A stretch of DNA of 64,000 nucleotides, from the IMG/VR virus record IMGVR_UViG_2524614649_000001, one strand, 5' to 3'. Source of the DNA: a virus (lineage: Duplodnaviria; Caudoviricetes). Position 1 is the stretch's first letter. The number at the start of each line of letters is the position of its first letter. The position numbers and the translations under genes are program-made. Of this stretch, positions 18,221 to 25,944 are shown piece by piece. Below the pieces are notes generated by a model that was not told the DNA's origin, ran no database searches, and saw nothing but the letters and a program-made list of their open reading frames with translations.

Positions 18221-18663
18221 CCCGGCACGCTTTCATTGAAGATGGCCAGGCCTTCGAGGACCTTTCGCTTGAAGGCATGCAGCTCGTGGTTCTCAGCCGT
18301 GAGGCGTTCGAACTCGGCTTTCGCCTCGGCGATGACCGCCGGGTTGGGCCACTGAGAGGCCAGGCGGCCGGCCAGGTCCCACTCATCCATCGAGCCGTCG
18401 TCGGTCGACATCGACCAGTCGAGGACCATGTTAAGCGGGCCGATGATCCAGCTGCCATGATGGAGCTTCACCCGTTGGCGGATGAAGTCGGTGACGCTGC
18501 CCTTGAACTCGGTCTCGCGACCGTTCGGGTGGCGGATGACGATGACGGTTCCCTCGGGATTGCCGACGCCGTCGAAGGTGGCGTTCTCGAGGGCGGCGGA
18601 CTCGCGGGCGTCTTCGAGCATCTCGACGACGCGCGGCGGGAGGCGGTGTTGGGCTTCACTCAT
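18217..18663 (-). CDS. hypothetical protein
   Basis: starts MSEAQHRL. Confidence 0.6.
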   Translation of the reverse strand: MSEAQHRLPPRVVEMLEDARESAALENATFDGVGNPEGTVIVIRHPNGRETEFKGSVTDFIRQRVKLHHGSWIIGPLNMVLDWSMSTDDGSMDEWDLAGRLASQWPNPAVIAEAKAEFERLTAENHELHAFKRKVLEGLAIFNESVPG

Positions 18664-18895
18664 CGTCGGGTCCGATCTGAACTTCGATCTGCCAGCCGAC
18701 CTGGGCGAGAGGCAGCAGCTCCTGCTTGATGAGCGTGGCGAGCTCATCCTCGAGCAGGTCCTGCATGTGGTCGGGCAGGTGGATCGCGATGCTGACCGAG
18801 AGGTCGGTCTCGGTGGTTTGCTGGGTGGCGTTCATGAAAGCGCCCGACTGCGTCGACGCGGGCACCCCGGTCGTGATCTGGAGGTAGTCGCTCAC
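18656..18895 (-). CDS. hypothetical protein
   Basis: 79 aa, coupled. Confidence 0.55.
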   Translation of the reverse strand: MSDYLQITTGVPASTQSGAFMNATQQTTETDLSVSIAIHLPDHMQDLLEDELATLIKQELLPLAQVGWQIEVQIGPDDE

Positions 18896-19089
18896 CGACC
18901 GACCCCCAACCGCAGGCGGCGCTCGGCTTCCATGACAAGCTGTTGGAGCCGCTCGATTGCGTCGTCATAGGTGGCGGCCTCGTCCTCGCCCCGCCCGGCG
19001 AGGGTCGTGTCGACATAGATGTCGGCGTCGGCGGCCGCCCGCAGCTGGTCGGCGAGGTCTTCGTTGGAAAGTTGTTCGTATTGGGTCAT
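18892..19089 (-). CDS. acidic hypothetical protein
   Basis: starts MTQYEQLSNEDLADQL. Confidence 0.55.
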   Translation of the reverse strand: MTQYEQLSNEDLADQLRAAADADIYVDTTLAGRGEDEAATYDDAIERLQQLVMEAERRLRLGVGR

Positions 19090-19394
19090 AGGATGTCGCA
19101 CCTTTCTTGATACCAGCGGTCGAGCTGGCGGCCGGCGGGGGTGCCCACTAGGGCTTCGATCGCGGTCTGGACTGGCGATTGGAACGGCAGGCCGTCCTCG
19201 AGCTCCGTGCAGCTGTCGAGATGGAATTGGTCGTCGAGATATTCCCGGAGCGGCGTGTCTTCCCGGCCGTAGGCCAGGCGCATCTCCTGCGCGGCTTTGC
19301 GCTTGGCCTCGGCGGGGCCGCGCGCGGTGATGGTGAAGGACGAGGTGGCGAGCATTTCGCCGTCCTCGTGGCACTCGATGTAGTAGCGGTTCAT
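19086..19394 (-). CDS. hypothetical protein
   Basis: 102 aa, ATGA coupling. Confidence 0.6.
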   Translation of the reverse strand: MNRYYIECHEDGEMLATSSFTITARGPAEAKRKAAQEMRLAYGREDTPLREYLDDQFHLDSCTELEDGLPFQSPVQTAIEALVGTPAGRQLDRWYQERCDIL

Positions 19395-19744
19395 AGCTCA
19401 TCGGCCTCCGTGTCGGGGTGGACCTCTTTGGCCTCGTCATAGAGGGGGCAGTCGGCGCTGCAGGGGTTGAGGCGGTAGTCGCTGTTGTCCCGACCACAGT
19501 GCTTGCACTGGCCGTTCTCGTCGTTGTCGGCGATCAGCTCGAGGTCGCTTGGGTCCCCGGCGAAATAGACTTCCCGCTCCATGTTGGTGCAGTCGTCGCG
19601 CTCGAACCTGAGCATGCCGGTCTGGCCGAACTGGCGGGCCTTTTTCACCGCGGTTTCGATCGCTTCTTCGGGGTTGTCGGCTTCGACGCGCCAGGTGGTG
19701 GTTTCGGTCACGTCGCGCGTGACGGGGACGTTATAGGTCGGCAT
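19391..19744 (-). CDS. hypothetical protein with Cys cluster
   Basis: CKHC...C...CP near the C-terminus. Confidence 0.6.
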   Translation of the reverse strand: MPTYNVPVTRDVTETTTWRVEADNPEEAIETAVKKARQFGQTGMLRFERDDCTNMEREVYFAGDPSDLELIADNDENGQCKHCGRDNSDYRLNPCSADCPLYDEAKEVHPDTEADEL

Positions 19745-19943
19745 CGACTGTGTCCTTTTTCTCATAGCTGAAGACGACACCGTGGACGTCGCCGTAGCGG
19801 TCGGCGTCCCACGAGAAGCTGCCCTCGGCCGGGAGCGCGAAATGGTTGCGGATGATGATTTCGACGTCTTCGAGGTCGAGTTCGAGCTTGGTTCGCTCGA
19901 TCGTCGTGATCGTGCGGGATTTGGTGACCTTGACCTCGGCCAT
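19731..19943 (-). CDS. hypothetical protein
   Basis: 70 aa, coupled. Confidence 0.55.
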   Translation of the reverse strand: MAEVKVTKSRTITTIERTKLELDLEDVEIIIRNHFALPAEGSFSWDADRYGDVHGVVFSYEKKDTVDADL

Positions 19944-20350
19944 CAGAGGCGCCCTTCCGGCCGCAGCTGACTGACGATCAGCTGGTAGAGGTTCGGTGCG
20001 TTGTTCGGCAGGTTGGCGAGACCGCAGCCGAGGCTGGGCTCGTCGGTGCCTGGCAGGACCGGCACGACCACGTCCATCGTGCGCGCCATCGCCTTGACCA
20101 TGAGGATTGCGGTGACCAGCGCCTGCTGGTCGCGGGCGTTGCCGTCTTCGAAGAAGGACTCGAGGCGGTTGTCCGGTTCCCGCTTGGTCGGGACGCCGAA
20201 GGCGTTGGGTTCGCAGCGGATGATGGCTTGGCCACCGAAGCCGCGGCGCATGAGGTTGTCGCCGAACAGGAAGACGTGCAGCGGGTTACCGCGGCAGAGG
20301 TCGGCGCTGTAGTGGCCGTCGAAACTTACGAGCATGGAGAGCTCCTGCAA
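19943..20350 (-). CDS. conserved phage protein (FGDN...GGQA...EPNAFG.PTK family)
   Basis: motif recalled from many phage genomes; function unknown. Confidence 0.65.
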   Translation of the reverse strand: MQELSMLVSFDGHYSADLCRGNPLHVFLFGDNLMRRGFGGQAIIRCEPNAFGVPTKREPDNRLESFFEDGNARDQQALVTAILMVKAMARTMDVVVPVLPGTDEPSLGCGLANLPNNAPNLYQLIVSQLRPEGRL

Positions 20351-20516
20351 GACGCGCCCAATCGTCCGCGGTGTTGTGCCACGGGTGCATATTGAGGGCG
20401 CGGATCATGTTGTTGGTCGGGACGCCGGGTTTGATGTTGTCGGCGTATCGCTGGATGTCGTCGTCGGTGGCGCCGGCCGCGTGGGCTCGGGCAGTGGCTT
20501 CACGCAGCGATAGCAT
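20286..20516 (-). CDS. conserved phage hypothetical protein
   Basis: NMIRAL.MHPWHNT.DDW.RL motif. Confidence 0.55.
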   Translation of the reverse strand: MLSLREATARAHAAGATDDDIQRYADNIKPGVPTNNMIRALNMHPWHNTADDWARLAGALHARKFRRPLQRRPLPR

Positions 20517-20802
20517 CGAGCTGCGCCACCATGTGCGGCAGCTGCTTGTCGTTGAGCGAGTAGCCGTCGCGCGGCTCCTCGAAGGTCAGCGGGAGGACGG
20601 TCAGGTCCTCGATCTTGTCGACGGTGAACAGCTTCCAGCCGAGCTCGCGCTGGGTGCCGCCGGCTGGCTGGAACCCGCGCATGCTCATCTTGCCCTTGCT
20701 GGTAGCGCCGAGGGCGTGCGGTTCGACGAGGCGGTTCTCGTTGTCGTAGCGGAAGGAGATGAGGTTCTTGCCGTTGATGGCTTTTTCGATGAGGTCGATC
20801 AT
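20500..20802 (-). CDS. standalone WYL-domain protein
   Basis: ISFRYD...RLVEPHALG...RGFQ..GG...GWKLF.VDKI..L...F...R.GY...D; no HTH. Confidence 0.8.
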   Translation of the reverse strand: MIDLIEKAINGKNLISFRYDNENRLVEPHALGATSKGKMSMRGFQPAGGTQRELGWKLFTVDKIEDLTVLPLTFEEPRDGYSLNDKQLPHMVAQLDAIAA

Positions 20803-20948
20803 TTGATGCTGGCTCCCGGAAGGAGTTGGAAGATGCACCCGAAGACACGGGTGGCGAGGCCAAGGGCGAGGGCGGCGTCGGCCGCCTGGCGCCAATCGCC
20901 ATAGGGTTTGGTGACCGGCTGGCCGGCGAAGTGGAGGGTGTAGGTCAT
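20799..20948 (-). CDS. small hypothetical protein
   Basis: ATG 20948 with AAGGAAGG SD; ATGA coupling to the WYL gene. Confidence 0.55.
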   Translation of the reverse strand: MTYTLHFAGQPVTKPYGDWRQAADAALALGLATRVFGCIFQLLPGASIK

Positions 20949-20997
20949 GACCCTTCCTTTCAGAGGTCGGGCGGGTTGGGCAGAGGGAACGGAGGTA

Positions 20998-21010
20998 GTG
21001 ACCAGGTCAC
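20998..21010. promoter_or_regulatory. GTGAC-N3-GTCAC palindromic site
   Basis: A-GTGACCAGGTCAC-T, intergenic, 50 nt upstream of ATG 20948. Confidence 0.7.
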
Positions 21011-21150
21011 TTGCTGTGGGCGCGCTCCCAATAGGCATGCAGCCCCGGCTGGGTGATCTGGTCGTAGGGGTTGGGCGTGCTGCGCCGGGCCTTGCGGCCG
21101 CGGCGCGCGGCGACGGAATAGCTGATGCTGTCGAGCGTCGACTTACGCAT
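21007..21150 (-). CDS. small basic hypothetical protein
   Basis: MRKSTLDS...NPY...YWE. Confidence 0.5.
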   Translation of the reverse strand: MRKSTLDSISYSVAARRGRKARRSTPNPYDQITQPGLHAYWERAHSK

Positions 21151-21374
21151 CAGACTTCGTTCGCGAACGTGATGTCGAAGCCGTCTTCCTTGATGGCGAC
21201 GATGATGGTGTCGGCCTGGGCCGGGTTGTCGACCACGCCGCAGTTGCCGACGGCGTCCTCGAAGTGGGTCTCCCACCAGTCCAGCGGGCAGGGTTGGTCC
21301 GAGCGGGCGTCGGCGACGGGGGTGAAGACGGTCACGCCGCGGGCGCGGGTGACGATGAAGCCGGTGTTACGCAT
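21150..21374 (-). CDS. hypothetical protein
   Basis: 74 aa, coupled. Confidence 0.55.
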   Translation of the reverse strand: MRNTGFIVTRARGVTVFTPVADARSDQPCPLDWWETHFEDAVGNCGVVDNPAQADTIIVAIKEDGFDITFANEV

Positions 21375-21711
21375 CGAGCAGTTCCTTGAACGGCATTGAT
21401 TTGAGGTCGTCGATAATCAGCCCCTCGACGGCGCCGGCCAGCAGGTCGGCGCGGCCGTGGATCAGGCAGATGGCGTTGTCGAGGTCGATGTATCGACGGG
21501 GGAGGCGGAGGTTGATGCCGGGGTTGGGTTTGCCGTCACGGGGTGCGACGTTCGTCCCTTGCTCGGTCCACACGCCGACCGCGTCGTAGTCGTCGTAGAT
21601 GGCGACGCCCATGAACACGGTCTGGGAGTCGCGCGGGCGGCGCATTTCGCGCAGGATTTCGACCTGGCAGCGACCCCCGACGGTTTCGTAGATTTTGCCG
21701 ACTTCAAGCAT
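21367..21711 (-). CDS. hypothetical protein (VGK.YET.GG...W...G domain)
   Basis: resembles the repeats at the rIIB C-terminus. Confidence 0.55.
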   Translation of the reverse strand: MLEVGKIYETVGGRCQVEILREMRRPRDSQTVFMGVAIYDDYDAVGVWTEQGTNVAPRDGKPNPGINLRLPRRYIDLDNAICLIHGRADLLAGAVEGLIIDDLKSMPFKELLDA

Positions 21712-22069
21712 CGAGCAGCTGCCTGATCTTGGGCAGGTTGGCGAGGCGGGCGAAGGGCAGCACGAAGCTGACCATCTCGCCGTCGTCGTGGACGTCCTCG
21801 CAGCCGAGGTCTTCGAGGTCCTGCGGGTTGAAGTCGTCTTCCGTTTCGATGCGGAGGGCGATGCCCACCACATTGTCGCCGGTCAGCGCGTGGAGCGTGG
21901 CCGCGGCGCTGTTCAAGAGGAACGAGATGCTGGTGGTCCGCGCCTCATCGACGCGCGTCGGATAGTTGGTGAGCTGCGCCAGCAGCCACCACAGCTCCTC
22001 GTCGGTTGACGGGACGAAATGGCCGGCTTGCGGGCGGCTCGCGAAGAGCTTCTTGAAGCGTTCGATCAT
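21704..22069 (-). CDS. hypothetical protein
   Basis: starts MIERFKKLF. Confidence 0.55.
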   Translation of the reverse strand: MIERFKKLFASRPQAGHFVPSTDEELWWLLAQLTNYPTRVDEARTTSISFLLNSAAATLHALTGDNVVGIALRIETEDDFNPQDLEDLGCEDVHDDGEMVSFVLPFARLANLPKIRQLLDA

Positions 22070-22236
22070 CGGTTCGACCCGACGAAGGCGAGGACGAGGA
22101 GGACGCGCCAGCCGGCGTACGACGACCAGAACCACTGCAGGTCCCACATGATGAAGCTGGTCACGAGGCTGGCGATGGCGCAGACCATGAAGAGCCAGAG
22201 GGCGAAGATGCCGAGGGCGGCAGAGCCGGTGTTCAA
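22066..22236 (-). CDS. small membrane protein (56 aa, not in ORF track)
   Basis: MNTGSAALGIFALWLFMVCAIASLVTSFIMWDLQWFW...; TTGA and ATGA coupling. Confidence 0.55.
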   Translation of the reverse strand: MNTGSAALGIFALWLFMVCAIASLVTSFIMWDLQWFWSSYAGWRVLLVLAFVGSNR

Positions 22237-22520
22237 AGCGAAATTCCAATCTGCTTGAGGGCGTCGGCGAGGTCGAGCTTCCCGCCCATGTCAATGCGCT
22301 TGCCCATGTGGTTGATGACGAAGTGGACGGGGTCGACGCCGATCATGCGGGCCGTCGTCTGGGCGACGTCCATGTGGTCGGCGATCGTGCCGTAGGACGA
22401 CCGATCGAAGTCGTGTCGCGAGAGCTCGTAAAGCGCGCTGCCCCCGTCGAGGGCGTCGGCCATCGTCGGGTAGCCGTTCCACGGGCTGTAGGTCTCGAGC
22501 TTGATCTGGCTATTGGGCAT
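22233..22520 (-). CDS. hypothetical protein
   Basis: 95 aa. Confidence 0.6.
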   Translation of the reverse strand: MPNSQIKLETYSPWNGYPTMADALDGGSALYELSRHDFDRSSYGTIADHMDVAQTTARMIGVDPVHFVINHMGKRIDMGGKLDLADALKQIGISL

Positions 22521-22896
22521 CGGACCATGCTTTCTTGAACGCGGCGTGCGCCGGGCGGACGTCGTGGAGGTCGAGGCGCTGCAGCAGGCAGTGAGCGTAT
22601 TCGACCTGATGCGGCATCAGGATGGTGCCGACGGCGAGCTGGGCGAACTCGCTGGCGCGCGACTTGACGTCAGGGTTGTCGGTCGTCGTCATGATGATGT
22701 CGTGCGCGGCCGTCGACAGCGCCTCGGTCCAGCGCACGCCGAGCTTGCGGCGCACGTCCTGGCCGAAGTCGCCAGCGATGACGAAGCTGCCATCGTCGTT
22801 GAGGTGGAGGTGGGCCGGGGTCGACGCCGGCGTCGGCTGGTCCCAGATGGTGGGTCTGCCCTCGATGAGGGAGAAGTGGACGGGGAAATTACGCAT
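22510..22896 (-). CDS. hypothetical protein
   Basis: ATG 22896 with GGAG SD. Confidence 0.6.
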   Translation of the reverse strand: MRNFPVHFSLIEGRPTIWDQPTPASTPAHLHLNDDGSFVIAGDFGQDVRRKLGVRWTEALSTAAHDIIMTTTDNPDVKSRASEFAQLAVGTILMPHQVEYAHCLLQRLDLHDVRPAHAAFKKAWSDAQ

Positions 22897-23104
22897 TGCG
22901 GGTCTCCAGGCTGGCACGGGCCAGCAGGTTGTGGGCGAGGTGAAGGTGGGCGATCGCCTCCTCGACGAGGTGGGCGGCCGGTTCGGGCAGCTCCGAGGAG
23001 CAGAAGGCACGGGGCAGGCCGCGATATTCGCGGGTGCTGATCGTGCGGGCGAGGTCGATGACGGTCTCGGTGTCGTCGTTCAGCTGGCGGACGTGGTCCG
23101 TCAC
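22889..23104 (-). CDS. hypothetical protein
   Basis: 71 aa, coupled. Confidence 0.55.
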   Translation of the reverse strand: MTDHVRQLNDDTETVIDLARTISTREYRGLPRAFCSSELPEPAAHLVEEAIAHLHLAHNLLARASLETRNA

Positions 23105-23298
23105 CAGAGCACCGAGACCGCGGTGACGTGGGCGAGGTTGAAGAAGACGTCGTTGTCTTCCCGGTCCTTGAAGTGCGGGCCGGGGTAGACCCAGACCTCG
23201 ATGTCGGTTTGGCCCATCAGGTGGATCATCAGGGTGTAGCCGGCGCCGCCGTGCTTCTCGTCGTTGGCGAAGGCGAGCGCCTGGTCGAGGACGCTCAT
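23101..23298 (-). CDS. hypothetical protein
   Basis: 65 aa, coupled. Confidence 0.55.
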   Translation of the reverse strand: MSVLDQALAFANDEKHGGAGYTLMIHLMGQTDIEVWVYPGPHFKDREDNDVFFNLAHVTAVSVLW

Positions 23299-23693
23299 CC
23301 GCGCTGCATCCCTTCGCTGTTCAGCAGGTCGACGATCTCGTCGGCCGGGACGGCTTCGGTGGGGTCGTCCGGGTCACCGTCGGAATAGTGGATCGCGCCG
23401 TCGACCACGCTCCAGCGCGGGACCTCGAGCGTGACCTGCTGGCTCTCGTCATTCCACGGCTCGGCGCAGATGAAGTAGCCGAGGCGGTTCACATAGTGCC
23501 GGCCGGGCGCGATCCACATCGTGCCGTCCTCGTCCATCAGCGTCCAGACGAGGTGCGGGTCGGTGGCGTGGACCTCGGTGATCTCGTCGCCGAAGGTCTC
23601 GAACAGGGTGCCGTCGTAGGAGGCGTGCTGGTCGAGGTGGTTCTTGATGGGCTGGTAGGTGTCCAGCCACTCGAAGTAGCAGAGTTCTTTCAT
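23295..23693 (-). CDS. conserved phage hypothetical protein
   Basis: LFETFGDE...VWT..D.DG...I.PG.HYVNRLGYFI motif. Confidence 0.7.
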   Translation of the reverse strand: MKELCYFEWLDTYQPIKNHLDQHASYDGTLFETFGDEITEVHATDPHLVWTLMDEDGTMWIAPGRHYVNRLGYFICAEPWNDESQQVTLEVPRWSVVDGAIHYSDGDPDDPTEAVPADEIVDLLNSEGMQRG

Positions 23694-23863
23694 CAGAGGG
23701 TCACTCCTTCGTCGAGGCAGAGCGCGCGGCGGGCGTCGAGCACGGCGCGCAGGTGTTCGTGGTCGATCCGCGGCAGCGGGTTGTTGAGGGTGCGCGGGCC
23801 GGAATAGGTCCGGTGCCCGGGCGCGGGCTTGGCGGGCGCGCGGGTGAAGAACTCAGTCCGCAT
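23693..23863 (-). CDS. small hypothetical protein
   Basis: starts MRTEFF; TGATG coupling. Confidence 0.45.
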   Translation of the reverse strand: MRTEFFTRAPAKPAPGHRTYSGPRTLNNPLPRIDHEHLRAVLDARRALCLDEGVTL

Positions 23864-24188
23864 TGGCGATCGCCTTGTCGATGAGAGCGAGGACGTCGGC
23901 GTGAGTGGTCTCGGGGTCGTCGTTGAATTGGAGGTGGTTGCGGCCTGCGAAGTTAGAGAGCCGGTCGGCGGCGTCGCGATATTCCCCGAAGCGATACGGG
24001 TTCGAGGTGTTGACCTCAGGGTGCAGCTCGTGGGCGGCGCGGATGAGGGCGCCGTCCAGGCAGAAGCAGCGGGCAACCGGCTCGGTCGGGTCGATGAAGT
24101 ACCCGTTGTCGTCGCGGGCGAAGCTGTCCTTCGTCCAGTGCTCGGGGTCGGCGAGGATTTCGCGGACGCGGATGAGGAGGTCAGGCAT
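23853..24188 (-). CDS. DUF6197-like protein, paralogue 1
   Basis: W.K...A...CFCL.GAL...FND...TTHADVLALIDKAIA. Confidence 0.7.
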   Translation of the reverse strand: MPDLLIRVREILADPEHWTKDSFARDDNGYFIDPTEPVARCFCLDGALIRAAHELHPEVNTSNPYRFGEYRDAADRLSNFAGRNHLQFNDDPETTHADVLALIDKAIANAD

Positions 24189-24519
24189 CGGCGATCGCCT
24201 TGTCGAACACGGCCAGCACGTCGGCGAGGGTGGTGGTGTCGGCGTCGTTGAACTCGGTCACGAGGTCGAAGGTGGTGTCGCGGTCGGCCGTCGGGTCCAG
24301 CGCACGGGCGAGCGCGAGGCTTTCCGGCGTCTCGGTGAGCAGGATGTCGGCGGTGCGGTTGACGACGCCCAGCGCGCCGAGCATGCAGAAGTGACAGGTC
24401 TCGGCGTCGGCATAATTGTAGTTCATAGCCACGCCGTGTGGATCGGCGGCGTAGCAGCCGCCTTGGGTCCACTGACCCTTGGCGAGGATTTCGCGGGCTT
24501 TGATGAGAGTGTCACGCAT
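24181..24519 (-). CDS. DUF6197-like protein, paralogue 2
   Basis: W.QG..A...CHFCMLGAL...FND.D.TT.ADVLAVFDKAIA. Confidence 0.7.
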   Translation of the reverse strand: MRDTLIKAREILAKGQWTQGGCYAADPHGVAMNYNYADAETCHFCMLGALGVVNRTADILLTETPESLALARALDPTADRDTTFDLVTEFNDADTTTLADVLAVFDKAIADA

Positions 24520-24697
24520 CGATTTGGTCTCCAAAGGCGAGACGGACGAGGCGGTGGGCCTCGGTCTCGTCGGGGTTCATGCTGTCGGCCATGTCACCGC
24601 GGGCGCGGTGGGTGATGTAGGCAAGGTTGGGCTGGCCCTGCTTGCTGAAGGTGCGCTCGGCACGCTTCAGCTCGCAGGCGAGGAAGGGATTGATCAA
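24512..24697 (-). CDS. hypothetical protein
   Basis: 61 aa, coupled. Confidence 0.55.
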   Translation of the reverse strand: MINPFLACELKRAERTFSKQGQPNLAYITHRARGDMADSMNPDETEAHRLVRLAFGDQIDA

Positions 24698-25008
24698 AGA
24701 CCGAGCACCTCGACGGGCTTGGTGGTCGACAGCGCGAAGAGGAAGGTCTCCTCTCCGGCGTAGACCGAGCGGTGCTTGAGGTGCGAGACGTGGAAGCTGC
24801 CCTTGACGCGCCGGCCGTCCTCGAAGCTGAGTTCGTAGAGGTCGGAGCGGCCGGTCACGGCGTCGGACAGTGCCTGGTCGCGGGCCTGCTTGCTGACGAA
24901 CACACCGGTCCCGGCGAGGGTCATCTTGCCAGGCGGGTTGTGGGTGACTTCGTCGGTCTTGAGACCGGCGATGGTGTGGCCGTCGCGTTTGACGAGGTAG
25001 GCGGTCAT
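24694..25008 (-). CDS. truncated TP901-1/GTA-type tail-tube protein homologue in the early region
   Basis: AYLVK.DG..TIAGLKT...N and LAG.GVF...Y.LSFEDG...G.F.V..L.....Y.GE..F...L....PV; GGAGG SD; TGATG coupling. Confidence 0.6.
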   Translation of the reverse strand: MTAYLVKRDGHTIAGLKTDEVTHNPPGKMTLAGTGVFVSKQARDQALSDAVTGRSDLYELSFEDGRRVKGSFHVSHLKHRSVYAGEETFLFALSTTKPVEVLGL

Positions 25009-25307
25009 CAGATGGCCTCCTTGCGGGCGCGGGCGACGGTCTCGATCTTGCGACAGGTGGGGAAGGCGTCCCCGTCCCAGTTGACCAGCACCTTCTGGTT
25101 TTCGCAGTCGAACCCGATGAGACGGGCGCGCAGGCTCACGACCTGGCTCTCGGCGAGCTCGTTGACGGTGAGGGTGTCGGGGTTCGCGACGACGGCACCG
25201 TTGTGGACGACGATGACGTTGTCCCAACGGTGCTCGCGCTCGTTGAGGAAGTTGCCGGTCAGGATGCCGATGGCGCCAATCATGGCGGGGATGATGAAGC
25301 GGTGCAT
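25008..25307 (-). CDS. hypothetical protein with N-terminal hydrophobic anchor or signal peptide
   Basis: MHRFIIPAMIGAIGILTG. Confidence 0.6.
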   Translation of the reverse strand: MHRFIIPAMIGAIGILTGNFLNEREHRWDNVIVVHNGAVVANPDTLTVNELAESQVVSLRARLIGFDCENQKVLVNWDGDAFPTCRKIETVARARKEAI

Positions 25308-25437
25308 GGGGTGAACTCCGTCCTATAAGGATTTTTCTTACTAACTTATTTTCTTAGACTCTATAACCAGATGAATTAAAAAGAGTAAGAGAAACAGTTA
25401 GTTAGACTATCCTTGGGTGAGGGGGATTTGATGGGAT

Positions 25438-25453
25438 TTGGGAAATTTCCCAA
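25438..25453. repeat. 16-bp palindrome TTGGGAAATTTCCCAA, copy 1
   Basis: exact self-complementary sequence. Confidence 0.9.
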
Positions 25454-25506
25454 CTGTCCGCTCCCAGAAAGTGGGAAATTTCGCTAACAGTTGGGATTGG
25501 GGACAA

Positions 25507-25519
25507 GTGACCTAGTCAC
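25507..25519. promoter_or_regulatory. GTGAC-N3-GTCAC palindromic site
   Basis: GTGACCTAGTCAC (reverse complement of GTGACTAGGTCAC). Confidence 0.7.
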
Positions 25520-25530
25520 TCGAAAAAATC

Positions 25531-25944
25531 CTATAAGGCGCGAGTCCGACCACGGGCCGCAACCAGCCGCACACCGGTCAAAGGGTCGAAAATGACGTTT
25601 CGCCGCCACCGCCAGACCTTTTTCGGGTGAACACCCAGTTCACGGGCAATGGCCGCGGCCGACCTCTTGTCGTTCTTGAGGTCGAGCTGCGTCCACAGCG
25701 GCGCGGCACCGGCATAGTCCGGACACACGGCGGCGATCATCTTCAAACCATCTCCTGGGAGGAGGCTTTCTGCGAGCACCTGGCCCTCGGCCGGGTCGGC
25801 GGCGTCGATCATATTGGTCAGACCCTTGCGGGCCTTGGGACCGATGCCGCCGAGCGCGTAGACCCACTCTATAGGAATACCGGGCGTCGTCGCGAGCAGC
25901 ACGAGGTCTGCCCGCGACGGGCGCTTAAGCAGTTTCGAGAGCAA
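25531..25944 (-). CDS. protein with C-terminal HTH
   Basis: SAAAIARELGVHPKKVWRWRR. Confidence 0.65.
   Translation of the reverse strand: MLSKLLKRPSRADLVLLATTPGIPIEWVYALGGIGPKARKGLTNMIDAADPAEGQVLAESLLPGDGLKMIAAVCPDYAGAAPLWTQLDLKNDKRSAAAIARELGVHPKKVWRWRRNVIFDPLTGVRLVAARGRTRAL

Larger units (their letters stand above)
25321..25538. other. AT-rich non-coding island, candidate origin or control region
   Basis: bounded by 10-bp direct repeats TCCTATAAGG (25321, 25529); contains GGGATTTG x2 and both palindromic motif families. Confidence 0.5.
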
